DNA of 54,469 nt, counting the filler, from Trypethelium eluteriae (lineage: Eukaryota): assembly GCA_051942245.1 (NCBI GenBank). It is 2 parts of 2 records of this genome, joined end to end, with 100 filler letters (N's around TTAATTAATTAA, not from the genome) between each part and the next. Parts side by side here need not be neighbours in the genome. Positions count along the whole stretch, not along the records: positions 1 to 27,257 come from JAVECL010000338.1; positions 27,358 to 54,469 come from JAVECL010000339.1. One strand, written 5' to 3'. The first letter of the stretch is position 1; every line of letters begins with the position of its first letter. Made by a program: the position numbers and the translations under genes. Positions 23,803 to 36,250 of this stretch are shown piece by piece. Under the pieces are notes generated by a model. That model was given only the letters and a program-made list of their open reading frames with translations. It did no database searches and was not told the DNA's origin.

Positions 23803-24118
23803 TGTATGGTGATACGGAATGAGCAACCACAAAGTAAGAAGTTCAGGCGCGTCACCAATTTGGTGAAGGCAACCCGCGTTGACGTTGCGCTTCTATGGAG
23901 AGAGTGGAAGTGACTGAAGGCTTGCTCGTTTAGCAAGGCTGACGGTGCCTTGCCAGATCAAGAGTCGTGGTTCTTCCTCGGGGAATACATTTCGACCTCG
24001 CATGTCGCGTCAAAAACCAATAATCCTTACATGACAATGCTGACATTACGTTGCTGAAAGGCAATTATGCCCGGCTTCCATTGCCATTTCAATACACTGT
24101 TCTTGCCTGCAAATGAGC

Positions 24119-25547
24119 TCATTTTCGAGTCACCTTTCCAGGATTGCTGAAGACGTCGCCACAGATGTTCGAACATGCAACCGGAGACATGTTGAGAAAC
24201 CAAGTCGTCTGGTTCATGAAGCGAAATGCTTGTAACGATGCTGGATGCGCACCTTTAATATACCAGGCATGCAGAGGATCGATGGCCATATCGGAGAACT
24301 GGATTAGTATTTTCCGACGTAGAAAGCCTTCTTGAAATCTCCGACAGCATCGCATCCAAGCTGAGCAAAGTATATGTCCAAGTATACCATCTGCCAACAT
24401 TGAGGAGGCCTGGAGATCTCGAAGGACGCTATCCAAAACCAGCGTCTTGATTGCCGTTGAGCAAATGGAAGGCATCTGGCTGATTGACTTGAGTCAAAGC
24501 TCTTCGTCTTTAGGGTTGACGGGAATGCGAAGAGTATCAATCCAGGACAAAGATGGACCCTCGGAAATTCAAGACCCACTCAAGCGACGGAAGTCGAAAA
24601 AGGTGCCGCAAATTAGGGCTCCCTTGTCTTCCGTCGGTAGCGGAAGAAACCTGAGATCTGCCTCAATACGTTCCAATTGACACCGAAGAAGGCCGTTTTC
24701 TTGGGGGTTTCCCAGTTCACCTGACCAGACATGTGATATTGCCACGTTCCGAGATCTTGGTGTACGAGGCTCGACGTGAAGTATTAGCTGGTTTGTGCGC
24801 TCATCTCGTTCGAACCGGACCAGTGGTACCCCTCCGCTGGAAATAATTTCGACGATAGCCTGGTACTGCACACTCGCGACATAGCACATCCAACCTTCCT
24901 CCAAATGCTGTGTTGGATACTCTTTCATATTCATGTTGTGTGCAATGCACTTGTTCTCCATCCTGCACTTGAGATGCGTGCCTCTTTTAGTCTCGGGATA
25001 TTCTAACTGGCTCAAGAAAGCCGCTGTCGGAGGATTAAATGATGGGCGTATCCATTGCAATTCATGCAAACACGCTCCATTACTCAGCAATTGGCGTTTG
25101 AGAGTATCGACGACGAAAGCGGAGAAGCTGTACTGCATGCTGTGCAAATCAATCGCCTCTAGCTTCGTAGCAGTTGACCAATCGCGCGAAGAGCAGTGTG
25201 CGCGAAAACCCCTCTCATCACTAACTTCAAAACGAGCATTCCAAGGGTCAGTGCAACATCGCCAGAAACTAGCTCAGGAAGCTCGACATCGCTTGCTACA
25301 AAAATGGTACGGCTTCTTCAAAAATCGCAGGAAAGATTATCGCGCAGACCGAGAGACGGACCCCAGCCGCGATTAATAGCTGTAATGCCACGATGTATAG
25401 CATACGCATGCTGATTGCAGAGATCGCAATGTATATTGAGAAACTTTCCACCAACGCGTCCTCAGAATGCTTCGAAAGACTGTGTCCCAAATTCACAAAT
25501 CTCCCATGGGCGAAATAAATAGGCTCTTCTGAGAGCTCGTAGAGCAA
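24119..25547 (-). pseudogene. HET-domain (heterokaryon incompatibility effector) protein pseudogene
   Basis: AISHVWSGELGNPQENGLLRCQL, WIDTLRIP, KTLVLDS and CSAWMRCCRRFQEG are degenerate versions of the HET motifs AISHVWxDGLGN, FWxDTLCIP and WxxRxWTxQEG. In-frame TGA at 24569-71 and 24494-96; the upstream part is fragmented. Boundaries approximate. Confidence 0.85.
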
Positions 25548-26999
25548 ACCGAAGTACAGCCAATGGAGTAGGAAATCGTCTATTTGATCATTGCTGATGT
25601 CTTGTCGGATACGAAAGTCTCCATCACAAAATGCGTGATCTAGGCCGAAGGACTACAAACTGGTTCAAGTCGTACTGTTCCGACAGAAGAATAGATGCCT
25701 CTCCTGGCATACGGCGGATCATGATGGTCTGTAGCGTAGCTCATCTATTCAGGAGAGGTAGGTCAGTGAGCCATCTACCACGCGTTGACTTTTGATCGCG
25801 TGTAATGATGCAGCTCACTTGAAAGATGTCAAATGCATCGACAGCCATTGTCTGCTTTGTTGCCTCGCCGCCTAGCCGTGTAGTGTTGATGGTTTTGCGG
25901 ATTGCGCATAGTTGAGATGTGAATTGATCTAAGTGCATTGCTATTAGTAATGCGTGACGTTGATTGCCACGACTGAACCAGGAATGTCCTTTGCGGACTG
26001 GAGTTGAGATTTGAAGGTACGATACGAGACCGTACCCTAACCGCTTTCGGTTTAACGCGGATACGGCGGATGCTCTGGCCTTCCTGATCTTTCGTCCACT
26101 GATAATGCAGTGCATCTCGTCATGGTTTGAAGATGCCTACTGGAGCTTTGTGAAGCTGGAAGCGTGAGCCGAAAGCACTCAGCAATCCAGAGCGAGCCAT
26201 GAGGTTGCTCGAGCAGAACCGGATTTCCGCGAGCTTAGAAAGAAGTCGTTATGGACCTATATACTGTCTTTACCTGTCGATTGATTCGATCGGCGGTGAT
26301 GGTCCACTGATTCCATGGAAGAGCAGGCTTGTCGGAACTCGATATCTGAATCAGGATCCTACACGTCGGTAAGTGAGCTCGACAGGATGGCCGGCGGAAT
26401 CTACCCACTGCCACTGCGGCTATAATATTTCTCACCCTTACCGAGTCGAACTATATTTGGAAAAAGCTACATACCCTGCTTTTTTGAACGATCCAATACC
26501 CAGGGCAGGTAATGTGTGTGGTTAGGTGTCGTAAGATATGGAGAAATCGCGGGTATTTTTTCATGAGTACAATGCATGCATGGGTCGATTGCTGCATGAA
26601 GACAACAACACTGCCCCGACAACGTCCTGATTTGAATCTTATCGCTTTCTTTCCAACTCGGGAGATCACGCTTCCACTTTGAAATGACCTGCGATTACTA
26701 CCCTTCCTCTTCGTTGTGGTAAAGTCTGAGGCCATTGAGCCCCTCTTCAAATTTTTTTGCCTCCTCGGCCGTAAGGAATCATCCTTGTGTGCGGTTTACG
26801 CACAAGACAATAGCTCCACAGGACTCATCTACTCATCTCTGTCCTGTCTTGTATATGTGTCTCAAGCCGCCAGTCCTGGCCAAAAAGTCTCAGAATGATA
26901 TTCTGAACCACCATTCAACCCATTCCTCAAAGAAAGACCATCACTCCGTAGCATCAATCATCAAAAGTCTTTTCAAAAATAGTCAACTCCATTACCATA

Positions 27000-27257
27000 A
27001 TGTCATCGCTAGCAGACTCCCGCACCTTTCTTACGACTACTATCCAAAGCACCCGACCCCTTCTTGGCACGAAACCCCTAACCACCGGCCTCACCACCGC
27101 CGCCATCCTCCTCTTCTGCTGGACCATCACCGACTACATCGCCTGGATCCGGCTCGGCACCGGCGGCACTCCACCCACCCCCCTCAGCTACCTCCAAATG
27201 AGTCTCCTGCGCCTCAACCAGCTCCTCTCCTCCAACAACCTACGCGACGCCTCATCC
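27000..27257 (+). CDS. Second luciferase-family protein, N-terminus only (truncated by assembly gap)
   Basis: TM segment plus TDYIAWIRLGTGGTPPTPLSYL..NNLRDASS, which parallels SDYNAWIAFGTGGTPPNVNGYL..DDLRDSSR of 6355-7113. Confidence 0.75.
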
Positions 27258-27357
27258 NNNNNNNNNNNNNNNNNNNNNNNNNNNNNNNNNNNNNNNNNNN
27301 NTTAATTAATTAANNNNNNNNNNNNNNNNNNNNNNNNNNNNNNNNNNNNNNNNNNNN
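27258..27357. other. Artificial assembly gap/linker (44 N + TTAATTAATTAA + 44 N)
   Basis: Exactly 100 bp; the central 12-mer places stop codons in all six frames. Confidence 0.95.
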
Positions 27358-28188
27358 GTGCGGGGTGGATGGGCATGAGGCGTTTTGGGGAGTTTTTGGC
27401 TGCATTGATGCATTTCAAGGCGCTGGTTTTGCCTTCAGGACGGAAGGTATACTATGGTAGCACTGGGACTTGAGCTTTCTGGTATGGGGACTTAGCTGAA
27501 ATCTATCGTTGTTGTTCGGCTTAAGAGATGCTTTGCTCCTCCACATGCTGTTGACAGAAAAGGTAGCACACGCAAATTAGATCCTTTCTGTTATTGCATA
27601 ACAACCAGCTTCAGCTTTTAGACTTGACGGATTCTGGAATACCAACTACCAATCTGGACTACAGTATATCTATACTTGTTTGCAATTAAACTGCTCTGTT
27701 TCAGGCTCTGTTCCACAGGAGCTTGCGTCACCCCCTCAGAGCGGTCTACAGAGAGGGGAATCGGCGCGGAGATCAGGCACATAGTCCCGAAGTACCTTGC
27801 TTTCTTTCTTCGGATATCCTCTGCCGGTTTACTAGATCGCTCTGTCCGAATCGATCTTGCTTTAGGCTGAAATATGTCTTTCATACTGCGGTCTGCTCCC
27901 ACTCGCATCTCTCTTCCGGTACTTCGATTCATTACCAATTACCACACGCTATGACAGAGTAAGCCACTCTCCTGAAAATTACCCAGCCATATGATGTGCA
28001 GGTGGAGTAAGTGGTCCGTTGAAAGTTTGCATTGGCAACGTAGAGCTTATGCTCCCTGGCATCGCCGCAGTCCACCGTCTTTGAATGTTATTCCACCTCG
28101 CTGGCTGAACGCACAGAAAAAGTTTTATGAGCTGCTCGGTAACGAGACATCAGAGTTGCTGCGCGGTTCGTGATAATCTGATCGTCCT

Positions 28189-29978
28189 CTATCGCAGCTC
28201 GACCTTGCATCCTTCGGTACTCGCCAGCACCAATGTTATCGTTTGCTTTTCCACTCCTATTAGCTCTGCTCTCATATTATTTGGTAATTGTATCAACTGA
28301 AACCTCTGAATGAGTCGCACAACGGTATAAGCGGCTTCTGTGAGGGCAAAATCTACTGTAGAATGCACAGTTAGCATATGTGAATTTAGGACTAGTTGGC
28401 CTACCTTACTTCCAAGACAAGTCCGTGGCCCTCCATTAAAAGGTAAATAACTCCATTTTGAAAAGGTTTCGGTTCGGTTCAGAGGCAACTCTTCCTCGTC
28501 CCATCTCTCAGGTTGAAATAATTCCGCATCCATACCGTAGAGATCGGGCCTTCTATGCATAGCGTACACGCTGTATGCTACAGCGGTTCCTTTAGGAACG
28601 AGTACAGGAGCCGTCCGATCAGGACCGCCGCCAGTCGGCAGGACGGTCGTCCTCACCGCAGTGCGGGTGTTGACGGGAACCGAGGGATAGAGGCGTAGCG
28701 CTAGAACATTTATCAACCCTGAGCGAACATGTTTTCTCACATAGAGACATGACACGTACTCTCCTTCAAGACATTCTGGAGGTAGTTCATGCCTCGTAGG
28801 TCTCCTCGAGTCAAGTGGGCTTTACCTCCACTCTGTGCATTGATCTCGGCTCTGAGCTTGGCCAGGACATTTGGGTGCCGAGTTAAAAGGAAGCTTCAAT
28901 TGCATCAGTGATGCATGCTTCGGTCACATTAATACACTCACAACATCCATGAGAGAAGGCATGCCGTCGTGTCTCTCCCAGCTGCAAGAACGTTGATGAC
29001 CTGATCTCTCAATGCTGTTCTGCTCGGAGTATTGCGAGCGAGTGTGCGGAGAAAGACGTATTGCTTATCATCCTTTGAAGTCCTGCTTTGGAAGGAAAGG
29101 CTGTATTCAATGATTCCGTCTGCAAAATCGTGGACATTTCTGCAAGCTTCTCGAAATCTTTTGCCTCCGAGCAGCCAGTACAGGTCTTGAAGGCGAAAAC
29201 GCTTTGCGACATATTCCTGTGCAATGTTGAAGGATTCTGCAAAAGTCTGCTCCCCTGCGGACTCAGGGGTCTTCAGGCTCTGGACCGATTTTCCAAAAAG
29301 AAAGGCCGTTGTGGTATCGAGAGTCAGGCGAAAGAACAAAGGCTGCAGATCGACGATTCCGCCCTGCTGAGGGATACTATCCATAAGATCATCAAGGGGC
29401 TGTCTAAACACTACAAGGTCTGCGTATTGCTTGAAGTGAAATTGCGACCTCAAGAGCTCCCGAGAAAATTTCCATCTTTCACCCTCTTGGGTGAATATAC
29501 CGTCTCCAAACATCGGAAAAGTAATGTCGCGGTGCAGACGCATGCTCCAATCTGCTCATGGTCAGCTTTAGTCGTAAAACAGTCAAAGTATTGGGAGGAA
29601 TCAACCTTCAAATTTGGATGACAGCATTGCTTCTAGTTCCGAAAGCCGGCGTTGCAAGGAACATATGCTTCAGAGTGTAACCAGTCTGTCTAAAGTGAAA
29701 GAGAAAGAGTTCGATCAATCTGCGCTCAGCGTTGGCCCTGAAGATCTGCTCGAGGCGGTCGATCCCAAAGAGTCTTTGAGTTCGAAGAATTGGAGGCGGA
29801 AGACATCCATGTTGGCTTCCAACAGCTGAGTCGGCCTTGTAAGGGCAATCAGTAGGTCTGGATACATTTCAGGCGCTTGATAGCATACACGACGCTCTTG
29901 ACTTCTCTTGATAGTCTTGTAGATCGACCATGCCACGAGCGCCGCAAGCATTGCCCATCGGAGAGAAGAGCTCAGCAT
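28189..29978 (-). pseudogene. CYP52-like cytochrome P450 (alkane/fatty-acid hydroxylase clan) with an apparent frameshift in exon 2
   Basis: TM N-terminus, FGDGIFTQEG..W, LQPLFFRLTLD, I-helix AAGRDTTA, KE|xLRLYPSVP, FQPERW and heme motif YLPFNGGPRTCLG. Near 29636 the frame ..PAFGT runs to TGA while LEAMLSSKFE continues in a shifted frame. Confidence 0.7.
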
Positions 29979-30239
29979 CTTCAGTTGAGCACCGAAAGGA
30001 GAAATGCTGCATAGTAATTTACGAAACTGCGTTAGAACTCGGTTAGAGTGGCTAGCGCTCGCGCTTATCAGATTGCAGCTAATTTATATCATGCTAGAGC
30101 TCGGTTAATCGGCGCTAAATCCAAGCCAGCACGCTAAAACTCAGCCTAACCCTATTTCATCCGAGCACATTCTAGATATGTTTCAATGTTTAATTACCTA
30201 GAAAATTGACTATTTTGATGACGCTGAGATGAAATATAA

Positions 30240-31402
30240 TAGAAGATAATTAAATTCTAGTATAGAAGCTGCTGAACCAGAGTTCCTCGTATTCATCCGT
30301 GTAGAGAATGATCTTTGAAGTGAAGCACAGAGGTGGAAGACTAAACGGGCGGAATTGCGAAAGAAGAAATTTCGCGGGTGGCGCAATGACACTACGGAAG
30401 CAAAGGTGGATCTGAGCAACATGCTTTGGGAGCTTTTCAACGTCATAGCAACCATTGAATTACCATGTCAGGTTATGCTCTCGCAATGGTGGTCCAACCA
30501 CCCCTTTCACGCTAGGCAACTTGGCCTCAGTGCAGGCCGGATCATGCTTCATTCTACCATGCACTCGGTGAGACTCCAATGAGTCCATCTCTAGCTGAAC
30601 TACTGGATTATTCAAAATTGGCCGCTGAGCGTGCAATTCAAGGACTATCGGACCGATTAGGCCAACACGACCCTTCGACACTGGATGTAATGTTCAACCT
30701 GGCTCGGACATATCTCCATCTGGACGGATCAAAAGAGAGCCATAGACTCCTGAAAACTGGAGTTCAGAAAATAAGACGGTACTTTGGTGCAAGCCACGCC
30801 GAAGATCTGATGGGGAGGAACGAGCTAGGTATGAACTTCCCCGCTCTGAGCCGGCTCAACATCGCTGAAAAAGTAGTGGCAGATGTGGTTATTTACGCAT
30901 CAAGCTCCTGAGAGAAGAGAATGCTTATACACCGTGGTCTATGATCAAATTGCCTAAGGTCCTGTGCGATCGCTGTCAAGCCGGCCGGGCGGCACGCATG
31001 CTTGAGGATATTATACCCACAGCAACACGTACTCTGGGCTGCGACCACGCTGCAATGAAGATGACCGAGTCGAACCTTGCACACGCGTTCGCTATACTGC
31101 AGAGCTACTCCGAGGCCGAGATGCTACTAAGTGACTTTGTGCGAACTCTTCCGGCCAACTAAGCGAGCTGGGTCAATGCCATATGCGGCTGCATCCATGT
31201 GCAGACGATACTCGAGCACTTCGAAGACGCGGAGCGAATGTGTGAGCGGTTGCTGGAGTCCGTTGAGAAGGCCAAAACTCTTGCGCATGATGATCCTAAG
31301 ACGCTAGCGACGGCACAAGTACTGCTGAGTATCTACTCAAAGCAGGAACGATGGAGTGATATTGCGAGGCTCAAGCGGCGTGTGCCGGCCATGAGTGAGT
31401 AA
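30240..31402 (+). pseudogene. Kinesin-light-chain-type TPR repeat protein remnant (NLR-like C-terminus)
   Basis: Repeats LGQHDPSTLDVMFNLARTY, FGASHAEDLMGRNELG, LGCDHAAMKMTESNLAHAF and LAHDDPKTLATAQVL, split by stops at 30911 and 31162 and by frameshifts. The 5' boundary is approximate. Confidence 0.75.
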
Positions 31403-32010
31403 CCGCCGGGGCAGAGCCCGTCATTCATGGATTTGTATGGAGCTCGGGAAGATCAGGACGAGACACGGATGAAAAGCAGCCCAATGTGGGTCACTGACAG
31501 GTACAGTGCTGGGAAAAACGTACTTCGAGCGGCCCCACCGGTTTTCTCGCAGCAGGGTGCGGACACCTTTTTCGCATGATTGGACTCACCGTCTGCGAGA
31601 CCATTCGGCCTTCTGGAGGGCATGACGGTTCAGTGTTCGTGGCTTTGCCGGCGAAGGTTGGGTAAAGCGAGAGCTAGAGACGTTCTGGGCCTTTCGAGTC
31701 GTGCAAAAAATCGCACGACCTACGGTACGCAGTGGACAGAAAAGATCACATATGTGCATTAGGCTTGTCTGCTATTACTCTACACAGTCACCACCTTTTA
31801 GACTCAAGAGATTATCGAATAATAATTTGTACCCTATGGAGGTAGTCTACAAGCATAGCTGCTTTTCTGGCGAGGCACCCACCAGTTTCAGTGTGCGGGT
31901 TTTTTTGTCAACCGCGTGCCCGATCTACTTGTTCCATCAACCAGTTCCGTTGTGAGGAGATTGGTCTCCCTGATCACTCTGTTCGGAGATTTAGTTAGCT
32001 CTCAGACATT

Positions 32011-32856
32011 TTAATATCCAAGGTGGGGTCGCGAAGAACGTGAAGTATTGATGGAGTAGAGCGCTGAGCATTTTTTCGGCGATACAATGGGACATAATTC
32101 GGAGTCATAGTGAGGAGCACTGACCTGTGGATCTCCATGGGTGTGAAAAGAGCATCGGTTGATGGACTGGAGTGCTCTGTAGCCATGTAAAGGCCCCTTA
32201 CATTTTGGCCGCAAATTCGAAACCGATACAACCAAATCAATAAGAAAGTCTTCGCAAAGTTTATCCCTGACGTTGTACAATGTCTCGGGCTGGAGTCCTG
32301 TGATCACAAACTCCACCATCAATTTGCGGAGATTCGATCCTGGGAGGGTATTTTCGTAGACATATCGAATGCAGTTGGTTGGAACGACGTTCTCATTGAT
32401 AGCTTTCGCAATGATGCAGTCAACTGCAGCATTGCAGACGGCTGGTATCCCCCGGACGTGCCCGAAAACATAGATTTGACATAGAGTCAGAAAATTGAGC
32501 GAGACTTTCGTCTCCATACTTGAGTCCGTGGCAGAATCATATAGGCGTCGGGTATAAAGCCAGCTGTAGATTGCATCGAAGACTTCGGTAGAATCCTCAC
32601 TGAGAGTTATGACTTGATTCTGGGCTTCGATCCAGTCTCCATGTAGTGCGTGTTTGAAGTAGGTACCATGATGGATGAGCAGTCCACGATGAACTTGATA
32701 TTTCTTCTTCTCCGGGCCTGCAGCCACCGTTACCGCCGAATCGTACGCTGTACTGAGAACTTTTAGTTGTAAAACTTTCTTGGATGTGTAGGATTCCACT
32801 CACGAAGGTGGAAACGCATTAAGCGTTGCCTCGTGAGGGCACTCTGACGGTGCCAT
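32011..32856 (-). CDS. BTB/POZ domain protein
   Basis: VTVAAGPEKKKYQVHRGLL..YFKHAL.G.W.EA..ITL.ED..VF..WLY, LCQIYVFG and IRYVYENT..S.LR. Probable short exon 1 MAPSECPHEATLNAFPPS with a GTGAGT..CAG intron. Confidence 0.85.
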
Positions 32857-33870
32857 GGCTTGGGTAGCTGATAGCTCAGAGATAGCGAGCAGCAAAGTCA
32901 GACGAGTAGACGTAGAGTGCTGGCAGAGCTAGCTGAACGATAGTAAAAGATGTGATGTCACTTCAACCGAGCTCAGGTAATAAGGAAAGTGAAGTGGAGG
33001 ATCAAAACCCAAGCGGGTTCGCAGTGAATGGCACTGTAAACCACCGTGTTTCCCTAGCATAGCAACATTTAGCGCTGCGTCTCCCTTAATCACCTCTCGG
33101 ATAGGATTCTCGAAGCTTGATAAGAACACTTAACTGTACCGGCAAGCAGTACTCACAAGGCACAACCAAAATCTCCAATGCAGACGACTGTGAATGATAC
33201 GGCGATGATGATTGAGCTTTACCATGGCCATGGCCGAGGCATAGAAAGTTTGCTGAGGTGCGGTAGCAGCGGGCGATCACATACAAGCTACTTAGTAGCT
33301 ACGGAAGGCTGACACCGTCATTTCCTTCCCGGAAACCTACTTCTCTGTCTTTTAGTGGACTTCTGAGTTGCCAATTTGCGCAGCTCAGATATCTTTTGAC
33401 TGAATGTAAAATGCATCTCCCAAGGCTACTGAGTCCTTCCCTTGTGCCTTAAAATTCTCCAAAGATGTAAGAACACTTCTAGCAATGCCCTCAGACATGT
33501 CCATGGTCGTGATATTTGCAGGCATAATCCTTTCAGCAGGATCTGCTGATTGCAACTGTCTCATTGTCTCCTCGGATAAGTAAATCAGCAGTGAGTCCAT
33601 ATGGAAACTACGAAATCTGCCCAGATGAGGAGTTGGAGTGCTCTACTTAGGTAAGTTTCAGGGGCTTGAGATCGGCCCGACACATTGTTCCGCCTTCCTG
33701 AGCGTGCCGACATCACTGAGTTCCTAACACATAGATAACGTTGCCAACCCACTTTCCTAGAGAGCAGTTGTACCGATCTACCCTATAATTGAGCACTTTG
33801 CTGGTCTCGTCTCAGCAAGCTCATGGAGGCGGGCGTGGATGTAGATATGATGCATCTTTGCACCTTCAAC

Positions 33871-33914
33871 CCACCAATCTTCCAATCTTCCAACCCTCCA
33901 ACCCTCCAATCCTC
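33871..33914 (+). repeat. Degenerate 8-mer tandem repeat (CCAATCTT/CCAACCCT) x~5
   Basis: ccaatcttccaatcttccaaccctccaaccctccaatcctc is visible directly. Confidence 0.7.
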
Positions 33915-34283
33915 AAGATCACTTTGGACGGCACGAGGCAGGTGGATCCTGGAAGAAAAGCCGCACGTCGACGTCGTTTCAATAAGTGACCCACTATTAT
34001 CCAAAGGCAAGTATGCCTTGGTACGTTGGTTCTTTATGCAGTGACGTCATTTGCTGGTGTAGATCGCCTTCCCAGTTGGCTAAAATAGGCATCTTGAGCG
34101 AGGAAGTACCTTCCAGCCCCACTGGAAGGCTGATCCCTATCTGTGAGTGTAAACAATGGATCTTGGTACCTCAAATCTGCCTTGCGGAACTGTTTTATTA
34201 CTGGCGCTCACCCGTCTCTCGAGGCATAAATATTCGATTTCCATCTCATTCTTGCAGAATATTTACTTGTCGTCAATAGCAAC

Positions 34284-36250
34284 ATGGTCACTCCGACGAT
34301 ACATTCTTCCTCTGGCCCTGCCGTCGAGGCCGCTTCGCCAGCCTTGCTGATCAGTAGGAACCGCAAGATCAAATGCACAGTACTTCCTAACATCGTTGTG
34401 GCTCTTGCTGCTATCATTGTATATCAAGGAATCTGCAGCCTTTTTCGCCCAACGCTCAGTTATTTGAGCAATAGGCCGGCCGCTTCCCCTTTCGTATCTC
34501 TGGAACCACGGAGCGATGTCGAAAACCGTGATCTGGGGGAAGCGATCTGGAACCAAGTATGCCATTGCTCATAGCACTAACCCTCTAAACACTGCCTTCC
34601 AGCTAATCTTTGAAGATTACACCTTCAGATCAGCTCCAGTGGCATGACTGCTACAGCGGCTTCAAGTGCGCCCGACTCGAAGTTCCATTGGATTACTGGA
34701 ATGGGACAGAGGGAACAACCCCCCTAGCCATCAGTATGCTGCCTGCCAAGGTTCCTATTACTGATCCTCGCTACGGCGGCCCAATCCTCTTCAACCCGGG
34801 TGGACCGGGGGTCAGCGCTATTATGGTTCTCCTTAGTGAGGGTCGCACCTTTCTGAGCCAGTTTGACACACCAGAAGATCCCTCGTCAACAAAAAGCGAT
34901 GACGATGCTCGGTACTATGACGTTGTAGCATTTGACCCTCGAGGAATCAACCACACGCTGCCTGTGGCTAACTGCTTTGAAACTGACCTGCAACGGGCAG
35001 AGTGGAATCTTCGAACGGCAGCGGCAGGTATCCCAGGCTCGTCCAATGTCTCTGTTGCTGAAAGCTGGGGAAGACAGCGAGCTTACAGCCTCGCATGTTA
35101 CAATTTTACACAGAGCAGTGGAGCCAACAACATCATGCCATTCATCACCACTGCCAGTACAGCACGTGACATGGTTACATTCATTGACCGTTTCGGGGAG
35201 TGGCGTAAGGCAGAAGCGCAGCGTATGCTCATGGGTCGAACTCCCTCGCATCTCCGGTACCAAGAAGGCATAGAAAGGATTAACTATTACGGTCTCAGCT
35301 ACGGATCATTCCTTGGTATGACCTTTGCATCCATGTTCCCTGAGCGGACAGGGCGTTTCGTCCTTGACGGCATTGTCGACACGGATGATTATATTCACGC
35401 CCTTTGGACGGTCAGTGTTCTTGACTCCAGTAAGACGATGGATGTATTCTATTCTATGTGCGCTGAGGCTGGTCCCAAAACCTGTGCCTTGGCTAGGAAT
35501 GGGTCGAGTGCTGAGGATGTCCGCGTGCGACTCCAGAACATCTTAGACCGGGCTTATGAGCACCCCATCGCCAGCACGGGACAGATTCCTGATTATTGGA
35601 CTTGGAGTGATGTGAGAACACTACTCATCACAAGCCTATACCAGCCCTTGATGTGGCAGCAATTCGCCTCAACGATGGCCGCTCTCGACGGCGCCAGCTC
35701 CTCGCCCCTGGTCGCCACAACCGCTGACACATACTATCTCGTACCCGGCAAGCTCCCTCCGGTTTTCCAAAACATCGACGCCGAAACAGGCACCAGCTGC
35801 GGCGACGCTTTCCCCTTCGACGGAGACTTCACCCTGCAAGACGCCCAAGCGCACTGGGAGCATCTCTACGAGCTCGGCCCCATCATGGCCGCTGACTTCG
35901 TCGCGCTCAACTACACCTGCGCCGCATGGCCCGGCCGCCCCAAGTACGCCTATCGTGGGCCCTTCGGCTCGTCCGCCAACTCGAGCGTGCCCCCTATGCT
36001 CTTTATCGGGAACACGGCGGACCCCATCACGCCTATCTACGCAGCGCGCAAGATGGTGGCGCGATTCAGCGGTGCCCGCCTGTTGACCAACGATATGCCG
36101 GGGCATTCGTCTGAGGCGGTGCCAAATGCGTGCACGATGGCTCACGGACGTGCGTATATGCAGACGGGCACGCTGCCGCCGGAGGGCTTCGTGTGTCTGA
36201 TGAATGGGACGTTGTTTCCTGACCCAGAGAGTGACGACGGGGGGGATTAG
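34284..36250 (+). CDS. TAP-like alpha/beta hydrolase (peptidase S33-like), 2 exons
   Basis: N-terminal hydrophobic segment, intron ~34557-34602, then CARLEVPLDY, ILFNPGGPG, FDPRG, STARDM, YGLSYGS (nucleophile), VLDG, NTADPITP (Asp) and GHSS (His). Confidence 0.9.

Noticed and set aside
11800..26500. Starship element
   Set aside because: No DUF3435 tyrosine recombinase captain or definable termini were seen; reported only as an accessory island.
27302..27313. TTAATTAATTAA palindrome
   Set aside because: Centred in an exact 100-bp N block, so an assembly artefact.
26034..30154. Telomere-like ACCCTAACC (26034) and CCTAACCCTA (~30145) as a telomerase RNA template
   Set aside because: 9-10-nt matches are expected by chance and resemble branch-point or TpA-rich sequence; no supporting structure was identified.
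33385..33600. 71-aa minus-strand ORF
   Set aside because: Protein-like composition but no motif or further exons could be linked; possibly a gene relic.
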